From Octopus bimaculoides (Eukaryota): a stretch of 64,000 nucleotides of DNA. The DNA lies in assembly GCF_001194135.2 (NCBI RefSeq), contig NC_068984.1, positions 61,510,863 to 61,574,862 on the forward strand, in the 5' to 3' direction. Below are positions 38,043 through 51,740 of this stretch, one piece after another. The notes under the pieces are model-generated. The model was given only the letters and a program-made list of their open reading frames with translations. It was not told where the DNA came from and did not search any database. How positions within the stretch are numbered: position 1 is the first letter of the stretch; each line of letters starts with the position of its first letter. A program made the translations under genes and the position numbers.

Positions 38043-40070
38043 ATGGTGTGTGTGTGTGTATGTGTGTGTATGTGCGCGCGCGCGGCACCCGCACGTGCGC
38101 GCATGTATTTTCCTTAGGCATAGCGATATTAATAACCCGGTGCTAGAGCTCAGTTTGTACATGCTTCTGAAAAACAAATTATTAGTTGCTTGCAGAGTAT
38201 AATAAGAAATGAAATAAATGATAAGAGAACAAGCAATTATATAATGAGCTTCATTAGCACTTAAGCTATTTCTGCTAAAATGTATGTATGTATGTATGTA
38301 TGTATATATGTATGTATATATATATATATATATATATACATATATATATAAACAATGTATGAGTATATGCATATATATGTACATGTATGTACATACCTTC
38401 ATCTACATGTACATATAGATACATATCTGGGTACATGACGTTGCAAAAGAACATGGACAAAATGATAAACAAGGTACAACAAACAAGCAGGCCACATAGA
38501 GAACATATCCTTCATCAGCTGCCACCATTTAAACACCGGCGTTTCGATGATATATATATGTATATATATATAAGTTCTAAAATCCACACGCTCATATAAA
38601 CCGACGTATGTTTGTGTGCCTTTATTGAGCAGATATTCAGTGGAATCAGGAATCACTAATGTCAGAATGATTGTGAGCTTTTTCTAAAACGTCGAACAAC
38701 AAACCAATTTTCTTTACAGTCAATGCACTTATATTTCCTTATGTTTTCACTTGCATCCCGAAAATGTTACGTATTTGTGCCTCAGCTCAGATTTTGCACA
38801 TTTCATAGAAATCTATTATCACGATAATATCGTTAGAAGTCTTAGAAACGTAATACATTACGCTCGTTTCACTACCACAAAATTACTAATCGTTCCCTGT
38901 CATCAACAAAATTACATTACCACACATGCAGGTGCAATTTCCTTCCATATGACAATAACTAACTTAACATATGAAAATTTAACACAACTTGGGGATAAGT
39001 ATAATAATTTTCATGAAACCAATATATATTGTGAATGCATCTACCTTCATATGTGCACATCAAAATAGAGTTCTTAAGCTTGTCTCTCTCGAATGAAATT
39101 ATCTACTCACCTAACATAAGAGAAGGAAAACATTGACGTTTAATCGGATTTCACAGCAGTGAGCTACAAGACACGCATAATTCTATTAAGCGTCTGCATA
39201 ATGTGTAAGGAGCATTCTTTTCTAATCTTCAGCTTTACTATAACGCTCTGCCTACTCCTAACAACGCCATTACAATTTATCAATCGAAACTAAATATCTA
39301 AATATACTTTTTCTAACTACTAACCTTTTATTTAGAAATGAAGGAAGTTCTATTTTTTGCAACTGTACAAATTTCAGACAGTTTTATCGGAGCATATCTA
39401 GGTATTTATTTTTGTGTGCATAACNNNNNNNNNNNNNNNNNNNNNNNNNNNNNNNNNNNNNNNNNNNNNNNNNNNNNNNNNNNNNNNNNNNNNNNNNNNN
39501 NNNNNNNNNNNNNNNNNNNNNNNNNNNNNNNNNNNNNNNNNNNNNNNNNNNNNNNNNNNNNNNNNNNNNNNNNNNNNNNNNNNNNNNNNNNNNNNNNNNN
39601 NNNNNNNNNNNNNNNNNNNNNNNNNNNNNNNNNNNNNNNNNNNNNNNNNNNNNNNNNNNNNNNNNNNNNNNNNNNNNNNNNNNNNNNNNNNNNNNNNNNN
39701 NNNNNNNNNNNNNNNNNNNNNNNNNNNNNNNNNNNNNNNNNNNNNNNNNNNNNNNNNNNNNNNNNNNNNNNNNNNNNNNNNNNNNNNNNNNNNNNNNNNN
39801 NNNNNNNNNNNNNNNNNNNNNNNNNNNNNNNNNNNNNNNNNNNNNNNNNNNNNNNNNNNNNNNNNNNNNNNNNNNNNNNNNNNNNNNNNNNNNNNNNNNN
39901 NNNNNNNNNNNNNNNNNNNNNNNNNNNNNNNNNNNNNNNNNNNNNNNNNNNNNNNNNNNNNNNNNNNNNNNNNNNNNNNNNNNNNNNNNNNNNNNNNNNN
40001 NNNNNNNNNNNNNNNNNNNNNNNNNNNNNNNNNNNNNNNNNNNNNNNNNNNNNNNNNNNNNNNNNNNNNN

Positions 40071-40108
<38 letters not shown>

Positions 40109-41911
40109 AATTTTGGGGATCAATGGGTATATATCAATTAGTGTGCTGAGTAAAGCACGTTCACAGTTTGGGCTACCTGGTGTCACCCAGAATTCCGGGA
40201 TCTGGAATTAACCAGTTATTTTTACTAGTTTATTTTGTCTACACCTTCGCTCTTTGTGCTATGTGAACATTTATTGTGGTTTAGAGTCAAGATTTGACTG
40301 CTATTTTTTCAGCGTGGCGGTATCTCTTAGATACCCTATATCATAATTTTAAATAATTGTTACCGTTGAGGTTTTTATTCCCATGCTGGCCACTTGATAA
40401 AATCAATATTTTAAATATCGATCTTATCCTTATTTATATAAATTAATTTTGTCAGTGTATTTACTGCGGTGATATTTCTGACCATATCGCACGAGGAGTT
40501 TTTAGGCGGTCAATTTAAACTAGTCGTGTACATACGTNNNNNNNNNNNNNNNNNNNNNNNNNNNNNNNNNNNNNNNNNNNNNNNNNNNNNNNNNNNNNNN
40601 NNNNNNNNNNNNNNNNNNNNNNNNNNNNNNNNNNNNNNNNNNNNNNNNNNNNNNNNNNNNNNNNNNNNNNNNNNNNNNNNNNNNNNNNNNNNNNNNNNNN
40701 NNNNNNNNNNNNNNNNNNNNNNNNNNNNNNNNNNNNNNNNNNNNNNNNNNNNNNNNNNNNNNNNNNNNNNNNNNNNNNNNNNNNNNNNNNNNNNNNNNNN
40801 NNNNNNNNNNNNNNNNNNNNNNNNNNNNNNNNNNNNNNNNNNNNNNNNNNNNNNNNNNNNNNNNNNNNNNNNNNNNNNNNNNNNNNNNNNNNNNNNNNNN
40901 NNNNNNNNNNNNNNNNNNNNNNNNNNNNNNNNNNNNNNNNNNNNNNNNNNNNNNNNNNNNNNNNNNNNNNNNNNNNNNNNNNNNNNNNNNNNNNNNNNNN
41001 NNNNNNNNNNNNNNNNNNNNNNNNNNNNNNNNNNNNNNNNNNNNNNNNNNNNNNNNNNNNNNNNNNNNNNNNNNNNNNNNNNNNNNNNNNNNNNNNNNNN
41101 NNNNNNNNNNNNNNNNNNNNNNNNNNNNNNNNNNNNNNNNNNNNNNNNNNNNNNNNNNNNNNNNNNNNNNNNNNNNNNNNNNNNNNNNNNNNNNNNNNNN
41201 NNNNNNNNNNNNNNNNNNNNNNNNNNNNNNNNNNNNNNNNNNNNNNNNNNNNNNNNNNNNNNNNNNNNNNNNNNNNNNNNNNNNNNNNNNTATATATATA
41301 TATATATATGTATATACATATATATATATTTTGTTGTTCTACTCTTCCTTAATTCGAAATGAAACACTAAATAGTTTAAAATATCAATAAAATACTTACA
41401 CTTCTATACCATCTAACTTTACAACTTTCATCATCTTTGCTCGTATCTTGTCGTTTGCACGCATGTTGAGTTGTTGTATGAACATATACTTCTCTATTAC
41501 ATTTACACGCATACATATACATCGCAGTATTGTATTGCATGAGTTGTAGATGTTTCCCATGGATATTTTTGCTTTGAAATTCTAGCCCAGGCTAGACCCT
41601 GTGTTAGAGGTTCTACGGAACACTTTGAGATGCTTTCTTTATTGCCTAACTTTGCACAAAAGTTGTAAAGTATGTTGCATATCAAATTTGTCAGTGAAAT
41701 TACAGGATGTACTTCTTAAGCGCATCCTAGTGCGTAATATCTAACTGACGAGGAAATAACATATGGAGTTCATATTTAACTGAATAGTTCAAATATATGA
41801 AGTATATATTTAGTCGATTTTCACATATGAGAATAATTTTATCCTGCATAATTTTATGTAAAATACAATATACAATAGCATCACGCAACAAAACGTATCG
41901 AAGTATCTTTT

Positions 41912-42114
41912 ATTTATTACTTGTTTCAGTCATTAGACTGCGACCATGCTGGGGCACCTCCTTGAAGAATTTATAGTCGAATGTATCAGCCCCAGTACAA
42001 CGTTGTTTTTAAAGCTTGGTACTTATTCTAACGATCACTTTTGCCGAACTGGTAAGTTACAGGGAATAAACACATCATCACCAGTTGTCAATCGGTGGAG
42101 GGAGAACAAACATA

Positions 42115-42162
<48 letters not shown>

Positions 42163-42222
42163 CGAGGTCTTCTTTTAATTTCCGTCTACTTAATCCACTC
42201 ACAAGGCTTTGGTCGGTCCGAC
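41912..42222 (-). mobile_element. SINE family B, 5'-truncated, with internal (CA)n
   Basis: GTTTCAGTCATTAGACTGCGACCATGCTGGGGCACC...TTTCCGTCTACTTAATCCACTCACAAGGCTTTGGTCGG. Confidence 0.9.
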
Positions 42223-42859
42223 TCTAAACACATGCTATCTTTATAAAGTCGCAAATAATTGTTTGGTAACTGTTACTATATGTCGAAAACACATAGCCAG
42301 ACGGCAGCTGTTCACTGAAAAACCCATTTCCTCAGAAATAATAACTCCCTGTGCAAAACACAGACGGTTACATTAATACTGGAAAACAAACGAAAGTCGT
42401 GTCTGTCAAAAGCAAGCCATAGAAATAAAATGTCAAATTAGTCGGTTTTAAAGAGCAAAATATATTTAATGCAATATATTTTTCTAAAAATGTATATAAT
42501 CGAGGGAACTTAAAAATTATTTTGATAAACTTATAAATTATGTAGTATTTCTATTTATAAAGTTGAAGTTCATCTCTATGGCATTCTCGACTATTCAATA
42601 ATGTTTACGTAAGACATCAAACATTGCATTCGTGTTCTAAATATTATAAATACGACTGAGTAATTTTTACTTCTGATTAGATGTAGTTTATTTCGTTTAT
42701 CTGAAATCATGTTTTCATTTGCAACAATCCATACTAGAATGTGTTATGATAAAGTTATTGATGTGGTTCAAAAGATGCACAGTTTCAATATTAGGAGCTT
42801 CAAAATGTATCTTTCAATTAGAATGTCAATTTCAGCTTTTCACTAACAGTCGCTTTCAT

Positions 42860-43062
42860 TAGTATGTATGTACATACGTATGTATGTATGTACGTATGTA
42901 TGTATGTATGTATGTATGTATGTATGTATGTATGTGTGTGTGTGTATGTATGTATGTATTGTATGTGTGCAATGTAATGTATATATGTACGTATGGATGT
43001 CTTCATCCATGTAAGTATATATGTATATATGTATGTATGTATATAAATCTATGTATCTATGA

Positions 43063-43117
<55 letters not shown>
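42860..43117. repeat. (TATG)n and (TCTA)n microsatellites
   Basis: Directly visible. Confidence 0.93.
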
Positions 43118-43877
43118 NNNNNNNNNNNNNNNNNNNNNNNNNNNNNNNNNNNNNNNNNNNNNNNNNNNNNNNNNNNNNNNNNNNNNNNNNNNNNNNNNNN
43201 NNNNNNNNNNNNNNNNNNNNNNNNNNNNNNNNNNNNNNNNNNTATATGACTTGTGTTTTTGAATATATATGAATGAACATATGCATTTGCACACAGCTTG
43301 ATATGTATGTGTTTATTGAATTTACATAATCTGCATATATTTGTTTAGTCGCTTATAAGTTTGTTTCTTGTCATTCCACCCTCCACTATTGTTGTGACAT
43401 GAGCATAATGTGGCTGTACTTTCAATATTGAATTAAGCAGATACAATCTTGTTTCAACATTACAAGAATCTGATATTTATATTAGGCTTACACCCCCTGG
43501 GAAATTACTTTGATCTAAAGCATGCTTTCTGCTTGGTTTTAAGCTACAGGATAAAGCTGGTGACAAATAATATATGCATATTATAAGCTCCAATATTCAG
43601 ATTACCAGCGTTGAATATAATATGATTTTCCTTTTGAACACACACGATATTAACAAGATAAAGATTTGTCTCTATAATATCGCTGTATTTATTTGCTCAA
43701 ATAATAGAAACAAGCCATACTGTCAAAGAAATAAATTGTAAAATTGTATATGATATCCGTTAAAGAGGATCAGATCTGAACAGAATTTAAATGAAGAATT
43801 TTGTCGAAAGAGATCTATAAGAAAAATAATTGTCCGACTTGTTCCCGAATATTGTTGATATAGGCATTTTTTCCCTA

Positions 43878-44081
43878 TTGCAGTCATTGAACTGCGGTTA
43901 TGACAAATTTAATCGAAATAATTGATCACAGTACTTGTAGTTCTAATATTTCTGGTCCTTAACCTATCATTGTTTATGCGAAGCTTTAAGATACAGTAAC
44001 ATGAGCAAAGCAACATCAAACCGTATGGCGACAAACACAGACACTCACACACACAAAACACACACACATATGCATATATAT
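43878..44081 (-). mobile_element. degenerate SINE family B 3' half
   Basis: TTGCAGTCATTGAACTGCGG...GACAAACACAGACAC leading into CA/TA repeats and a gap. Confidence 0.55.
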
Positions 44082-44869
44082 NNNNNNNNNNNNNNNNNNN
44101 NNNNNNNNNNNNNNNNNNNNNNNNNNNNNNNNNNNNNNNNNNNNNNNNNNNNNNNNNNNNNNNNNNNNNNNNNNNNNNNNNNNNNNNNNNNNNNNNNNNN
44201 NNNNNNNNNNNNNNNNNNNNNNNNNNNNNNNNNNNNNNNNNNNNNNNNNNNNNNNNNNNNNNNNNNNNNNNNNNNNNNNNNNNNNNNNNNNNNNNNNNNN
44301 NNNNNNNNNNNNNNNNNNNNNNNNNNNNNNNNNNNNNNNNNNNNNNNNNNNNNNNNNNNNNNNNNNNNNNNNNNNNNNNNNNNNNNNNNNNNNNNNNNNN
44401 NNNNNNNNNNNNNNNNNNNNNNNNNNNNNNNNNNNNNNNNNNNNNNNNNNNNNNNNNNNNNNNNNNNNNNNNNNNNNNNNNNNNNNNNNNNNNNNNNNNN
44501 NNNNNNNNNNNNNNNNNNNNNNNNNNNNNNNNNNNNNNNNNNNNNNNNNNNNNNNNNNNNNNNNNNNNNNNNNNNNNNNNNNNNNNNNNNNNNNNNNNNN
44601 NNNNNNNNNNNNNNNNNNNNNNNNNNNNNNNNNNNNNNNNNNNNNNNNNNNNNNNNNNNNNNNNNNNNNNNNNNNNNNNNNNNNNNNNNNNNNNNNNNNN
44701 NNNNNNNNNNNNNNNNNNNNNNNNNNNNNNNNNNNNNNNNNNNNNNNNNNNNNNNNNNNNNNNNNNNNNNNNNNNNNNNNNNNNNNNNNNNNNNNNNNNN
44801 NNNNNNNNNNNNNNNNNNNNNNNNNNNNNNNNNNNNNNNNNNNNNNNNNNNNNNNNNNNNNNNNNNNNN

Positions 44870-44885
<16 letters not shown>

Positions 44886-44903
<18 letters not shown>

Positions 44904-45180
44904 TAAATAATGAGGGTAGAAATTGATATCAATTAATTAAAAATGTATGTATTTTTAATTGATGAATGTAGTTAATAAATTTCTGCAGCTAATTTAGCGG
45001 TTAGAGAACATTATTTAAAAATTATATAATGAGGGAAGAAATTGACATTAATCGATTAAAACCAGTGGCTTAGCATATTAAAAAAATCCGAAGTTATATT
45101 ACATACAAAATTAAGAAGAATGACCACCAAAGTGGACTCCTATATGCTAGATAGAGACGTCAAATCGCCTGACATATTTC
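44886..45180. repeat. two related AT-rich repeat heads (TAATGAGGGTAGAAATTGA), possibly Penelope pseudo-LTR-derived
   Basis: Motif at ~44889 and ~45027. Ends in CGCCTGACATATTTC, whose minus strand GAAAUAUGUC resembles the 3' half of a hammerhead. Confidence 0.4.
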
Positions 45181-47612
45181 AATAAAAAACAAAAAAACAA
45201 ATTTAATGCCAGCAAAATACTTCATTGTTTGCGTATTTGAAAAAATGGTAATGTTAAGAACCTTAATAAAACAAGTATGTAGCTATGGATATAATTCTAA
45301 TTCGTTTAAGAATGGATTCACACAAATTCACTTGAATGTGTGTGGTAGACTATTGGAAGAATGTTTGAATAGTATGGTAAAAATACTCCTTTAGAATTTG
45401 GCTACGTTTTTATTCATTCGGAGTAAATGTCTTACTATAGTAAGCTCTGCCGTCAATTTTAATGATGTTCTAGGAGTCGATTTAATCTACTAAAACATTC
45501 CCATTCCTCTATAAATGTGCCGCCTTGTGCCAACGTACTAATCGAATATTTTGATTTATTTTATTGGCGATTAACATTGATATCAGTTGGGTTTATCGTT
45601 GCAGCAGTCTAGAATTAACAAAGTTAGCAGTATATTCAATTTTAGTATACATGAAATCATTATTCAGTGTAGGTATTCCAATTGCAATAAAATAAGCATA
45701 GAACAATCTTATGAAATACATTATATTGAATAAAAGACAAAATAAGTTATAAAAGGTACTCTTTTTATTATAGCTAATCAAATTTCAACAAAATTATTTC
45801 TTTTAACCTTTGAAAGTTTTTAATGCTGTTGTCTTAGCTCCAGTTAATAAAGTAATTAATCCTTATTGAACTTGTTTTCTTTTTCTCTAACAAATCCTGA
45901 CAACTGCTGATATAACTGTAAAGGTATAACACAGAATACGATAATATTTAATGACATAATACAAATCGAATTGAAAACTTCTTGCATCATCACTAATTGG
46001 TACTTTGACTTTTATCGTTTTCAGAATCTAAGGCAATTTGAATATTTGTCAAAGAACCTACCAATAATGATAGTTCTACGCTCTTATTCATTGGTTTCGT
46101 AAAAAGAAATTATGAATTGCTTTCTCTTTTAAGTTGGAATTTCATTATTATAACATTTTATTAAATCTAGCACGCGTAAATTAACTTATATTCTGCTGTG
46201 AAATAATGTGATGACGTTCATCAATTAGGTAACATAACTCTTCAACTAGTTTCTTCGAAGAACAAGTATTAATTTCAAAGTAGCTACACCCAGTACATTA
46301 CTTTATGAGAATATGTAGTATTATAGTAAAAATTGTCTAATTTCCAATTATCCATCTCCACATCGTACAGAAAGTATGAATTCCATCAATTGTATTGCGC
46401 CCATTACTTTTTCTTTTAAATTCTAGATTTGAAAAATGTTAATAACTATATTTAAATTATGTAAAGAATTTGGTGTTGTGGGTTTTAGGAATGAAAAGAA
46501 CCATAATAAAATACTGATACAATTAGGTTAGACAGAAATAGAGTGTGAGCCAGTGTATTGTTAATAGGGAGATTTCTAGTTCAGAGACGAGGATGTTATT
46601 TTAATTGAGAACACTATAGAAGATAAACACAAACATAGAGAGTTAAGGTCAACAAAAAAGAAAAGAGAGAGAGAGAGCTAAGACTGAGATATATCAAACA
46701 GTGTATCTGTAGATCACGACTCGTAATACGTTGGCGAAGATCTTTTTCGTGTAATTTAGTCAGCATAGAAAACAATGTCTATAATATCGCCAAGTTGCGA
46801 AATGCCGAACGGTGGTATTAGAGAAAGTAGTGGGTTAAGTCTAACACTAAAGAAGACCGTTGCAAAGATTAAAATCAGACATCAAAGAGACGAACAAATA
46901 CCACAAGATATATGCTTTGTTATTCTTTCAGCTACACCAACATTCTGCCCTAAAGTTTACATCGGTGGGATGTGAATATATATATATATGTGTGTTTGTG
47001 TGTTTGTGTATTTATATATATATATATATATNNNNNNNNNNNNNNNNNNNNNNNNNNNNNNNNNNNNNNNNNNNNNNNNNNNNNNNNNNNNNNNNNNNNN
47101 NNNNNNNNNNNNNNNNNNNNNNNNNNNNNNNNNNNNNNNNNNNNNNNNNNNNNNNNNNNNNNNNNNNNNNNNNNNNNNNNNNNNNNNNNNNNNNNNNNNN
47201 NNNNNNNNNNNNNNNNNNNNNNNNNNNNNNNNNNNNNNNNNNNNNNNNNNNNNNNNNNNNNNNNNNNNNNNNNNNNNNNNNNNNNNNNNNNNNNNNNNNN
47301 NNNNNNNNNNNNNNNNNNNNNNNNNNNNNNNNNNNNNNNNNNNNNNNNNNNNNNNNNNNNNNNNNNNNNNNNNNNNNNNNNNNNNNNNNNNNNNNNNNNN
47401 NNNNNNNNNNNNNNNNNNNNNNNNNNNNNNNNNNNNNNNNNNNNNNNNNNNNNNNNNNNNNNNNNNNNNNNNNNNNNNNNNNNNNNNNNNNNNNNNNNNN
47501 NNNNNNNNNNNNNNNNNNNNNNNNNNNNNNNNNNNNNNNNNNNNNNNNNNNNNNNNNNNNNNNNNNNNNNNNNNNNNNNNNNNNNNNNNNNNNNNNNNNN
47601 NNNNNNNNNNNN

Positions 47613-47683
<71 letters not shown>

Positions 47684-48799
47684 AACAAAAACTGAACATA
47701 TTCAGAGGATGAACATTCCTGTATAAGTATATAAATATTTATATATTTACTGAAGAAATTTACTTCGAGCATAAAAATACAAAAAATAAATTGAGAAAGC
47801 ATGGTGAGGCGGGCTCAACAGCTGTTTTGGAACCCGGAATTAGGTAGTTCCGGGAGATCGGAAACAATTATCGGCTCCTCATTACAGTTCCACTCTAATT
47901 ATTCAAATAGTAATATTCAGGATCATCACTTCTAGCCTACCCCAACGCCCTGGCTCTGTATTCTGTTTATAGGCCATTCAAACCATATAGCATACATCAT
48001 CCCCACCCATATTAGATTATTTTGATACTACATATAACTGTTTCCCTTGACGTACAGCAGCCTGACAGTTTTCTAATGTTCCCGATATATTTTATATTTT
48101 TCTAATACGTTTTCTGTGTATATATATTCCCTACCACTATTTTATCCTGTTTTGTTGGAGATTCTCAACACTGTAGCACAAAACAGCCGCAAGAGAGGTG
48201 TGACCTGTTTATTGAGCAATGACATGAATCAAGTCAATTTCAAATTATAACAGAAATGCTATGATTTATACATAAAAGTAAGCCTGTAAGTATACCTATT
48301 TGGCGTACGCAGTGGAATGCACCAAGCACTATTTAATTCATGTCTATTGCACAACGCAAAATTAAATAAAGATTCATTGAGCATAGGCATGACGTCAAGA
48401 ACAATTACAGTGGTTTGACGTAACTTGCTGAACATTTTACATCAAAGGGCAGTAACTTTGAAGAATACCTGTAAGTACACATTCTTAGAAAATATGTTCA
48501 TTCCACTGCACTTTCAGTTCTAAAAACATATGAAGATAAATATATTTGTAGTTTACTAATATCACGCATTGGATGAATGAATGAACAAAATAACAGGAGA
48601 ATTCCATCAAATTTAAACAAAACTTTTTTCTTGCTTTCTTGTTTATTCGTTCTCGATATTTTCTTTTACCTTGCTACCATTTCTGTAGCAAAGCGAAAAT
48701 TGAAGACGTTGTTTTGTTTAAAAAGGAACGCAAGATGTTATATTCTGGTTCAAAATTTGAATTTTGCTATTCCTGCATTTATTTTTTATATATATTATT

Positions 48800-48842
48800 T
48801 TGAACCTGAGGAAGACAGACATACTGTCGAAATATTGTTCAG
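48800..48842 (+). ncRNA. minimal type I hammerhead ribozyme motif (Penelope pseudo-LTR type)
   Basis: UUGAAC (stem I) CUGAGGA A GACAG-ACAUA-CUGUC (perfect 5-bp stem II) GAA A-U-A-U (palindromic stem III) U| GUUCAG (stem I', 6 bp including one GU). Confidence 0.7.
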
Positions 48843-48949
48843 TTCAGGTAACAAAATGAATCACTATTTATTACAAATCACATCGCGCTCTTCTTATCGT
48901 GGAAAGTTACTTTAATCTGCATAAATCCTCCTTCTCCTCCTCCCCCATT

Positions 48950-48985
48950 ATCACCATCACCATCACCATCACCATCTTGTTGTTG

Positions 48986-49029
<44 letters not shown>

Positions 49030-49030
49030 G

Positions 49031-49083
<53 letters not shown>

Positions 49084-49124
49084 GTTATTATTATTATTAA
49101 TATTGTTATTATTATTATTATTAA
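48950..49124. repeat. (ATCACC)n then (TTG)n/(TTA)n microsatellite
   Basis: Directly visible; explains the poly-Leu and poly-Asn ORFs. Confidence 0.95.
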
Positions 49125-49136
49125 AGCGGTGTGCAA

Positions 49137-49350
49137 GGCGGCGAGCGGGCGGTATCGTTAGCACGCTGGGCGAAATGCTTAGCGTTATTTCGTCTACTGC
49201 AACATTCTGAGTACAAATTCCGCCGAGGTCTACTTTGCCTTTTATCCCTTTGGGGGTCGATAAATTAAGTATAAGGGAAATACTGGGATCGATGTAATCG
49301 ACTTATCCCTTCCGCCAAAGTGGCTGCCCGTGTGGAAAAATTTGAAACCA
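49137..49350 (+). mobile_element. SINE family A
   Basis: GGCGGCGAGCGGGCGGTATCGTTAGCACGCTGGGCGAAATGCTTAGC...TTTGAAACCA. Confidence 0.9.
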
Positions 49351-49356
49351 TTATTA

Positions 49357-49576
49357 AAGCGGTGAGCTGGCAGAACTGTTAGCACTCTGGGCAAAATGTT
49401 TAGTAGTATTTCGTCTGTCTTTGATATCGGAGTTCAAATTCCGCTGACGTCGACTTTGCCTTTCATCCTTTCAGTCACGATGAAATAACTACCTGTCAAG
49501 CACTGGGGTTGATATGATTGACTACCTTCCTCCTCTCAAAATTCCAGGCCTTTTGCTTATTGTAGAAAGGATTATT
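49357..49576 (+). mobile_element. SINE family A (AGAAAGGATTATT tail variant)
   Basis: Follows the previous copy after TTATTA. Confidence 0.88.
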
Positions 49577-49590
49577 AATAGTAGTATCAT

Positions 49591-49967
49591 TCGGCGTAGA
49601 CGAAGGAGGGGCGCTTGGCAACTCGTGTGCCGTCAAGCGCTCACAGCCCTTCACCAAGTGGGCAATGCTGTCGGTGGTAGTTCTACTCTAGCGTTCTGTA
49701 GAGGGCTAGTGGATTGAAAATGCGACGACATTCTCGGGGAAACTCTGGACGTTGATGAAGATCAACTAACCGGTCTGTTTCAGAGAACTTTCGCCCCTGG
49801 GTCTATGGATAACTTCCAGAAATCCCTTGCTTGTCAGTGCTACCGAGGGGCGCTGCCTGATCATTTTAAACTTTACAGGCACGTAAGTGCCGTCAGCCGG
49901 GCCTGCCCGAGGTGCACTCAGAGCGATGAAACGCCCTAGTCCAGTGCCTAAGCATTGCTGACCTGTG
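49591..49967 (+). mobile_element. L1/Tx1-like LINE ORF2 C-terminal fragment (zf-RVT-like region)
   Basis: CRQALTALHQVGNAVGGSSTLAFCRGLV...DNFQKSLACQCYRGALPDHFKLYRHVSAVSRACPRCTQSDETP; homologous to 62072-63110. Confidence 0.75.
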
Positions 49968-49978
49968 TGTTTACGACG

Positions 49979-50200
49979 AAGGAGTGAGCTGGCTGAACTG
50001 TTTTGGCAGTTTTGGCCAAATACTCTGAAGCATTTTGATTGTCTTTGCGTTCAGGGTTCAAATTCGGCTAAGATCGAATTTACACATTCGTTTATTTTTG
50101 GCCCATAAAATAAGTACCATTTGAAGGCTGAGGTCGATGTAATAAACTTACCCCTCCCACAAAAGTTCAGGTTTTCGGCTTATAACAGAAAGGATTATTA
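49979..50200 (+). mobile_element. SINE family A, degenerate
   Basis: AAGGAGTGAGCTGGCTGAAC...GGTTCAAATTC...ATAAAATAAGTACC...GGTCGATGTAAT...AGAAAGGATTATTATT. Confidence 0.8.
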
Positions 50201-51399
50201 TTATTGTTATTATTTTGTCATGGAGGCCAGTCATTATGTATATTCGTAGTTTATAACTGATTTCTATTATACTTATATTGTTTATATTATCTATGCTGTG
50301 AGCATCACTAAAATCACTATATTATTGTAGCTGATTTTGTTCACCTTCTCTTTTCTCTTTTCGTCTGCAATTATTATTGTTTTCTTTGGGTTTTTTTTTT
50401 TGTCCTTACCCATTTCTATTCATTATATTTGTACTTACCATCATTCTTTTCCCTATGAAAGCAACATAAAATGCATGTTAGTCGCACAATATAGGGGCAC
50501 ATATATTGATGTTAGTCTGATGAAGAGCGACTCCATCAACTACAGGCATTGCCTACCTTTTCACATGGAATAAATTACGTACAATGGTGTCAGAAACAGA
50601 TTGGTACCGGAACAATCGTAACCAGTAATAAAGATGTGCTAATATCATACTTAGTTTTCTCACTTGCACTACACACATACATACATACATACATACATAC
50701 TTACACACATACACACAGACATACGCATAAGCATGCATATATGTATATATACATATGTATGTATTACACAAATGAGATAATGTATGCATACATATTTCTC
50801 TATTTTATCCAGTGTTACAGAATGTGAGGTTTACATATATTTACACACAAAATAGTATATGTTCAATAATATAACAAGACAAATATTATTGATTTGTATT
50901 GAAACGATATTGTAGACAATTTACTACGCAATAGCCAGTTTATTGCTATCGTCTGTAAACTATTCAGAACAAAAGCAATCTGTATTGACGTTGTTTAGTC
51001 CGAAAATATGAGTTACGTTTGATTCTACTTCACAAGACAAAGCCATACAATACAGAATCAAACGAGATGCTCAATATATTGTTTAAAATCATCTCATGAA
51101 ATAAATCAGAGTCTGCCAGAGTTTGATAGTAAACTGTTAGAAACATAATACTTATCGGTGAATAATAACATATTTCTATCTATCTACTGTTATCACGAGT
51201 GATAGTTAAATAAACAGAGAGAAAAGTACAGTAAGTGTGGGTAGAATGTATAGTTTTAGTGATGCGACTGGAGCTTAACATATGCGTACGTTGGAAATCT
51301 GCATCACGCAGAGTTTGTGTTCTTCGTACAATTTATATCACACACATATACACACACATGTATGTGTATCCTCAATGTACATGTTTATATTCAAAATTA

Positions 51400-51692
51400 T
51401 TATTGTATAGGAAACCTACTTCCCAACAATGTTAGTTTAACAATAAATATATTGATAATGACATATTTTCACAGAAATAACATAACGCGTATATACGACA
51501 AATGTTTAGCTATTCTAATATCATCTTGTTATTTTGAAACTAAATTATTCAATAAATATACCTATCAATACAAAATATTTCATCTTCGTACCTCCCTGGC
51601 TGTGAATAAAGGGATTAAGCAATAATAAACGAGTATCTGTGTATGTGTATATGTATATACATATCTGTATATATGTATGTATATGCATATGT

Positions 51693-51740
<48 letters not shown>

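Noticed and set aside
38690-39068. ~125-codon open frame in unique sequence
   Set aside because: No recognisable domain; a few frames of this length are expected by chance in six frames of this much DNA.
50516-50540. CTGATGA-A-GAG-CGA-CTC hammerhead-like half
   Set aside because: No GAAA follows. The same applies to CTGAAGA at ~29808 and ~47749 and CTGACGA at ~41745.
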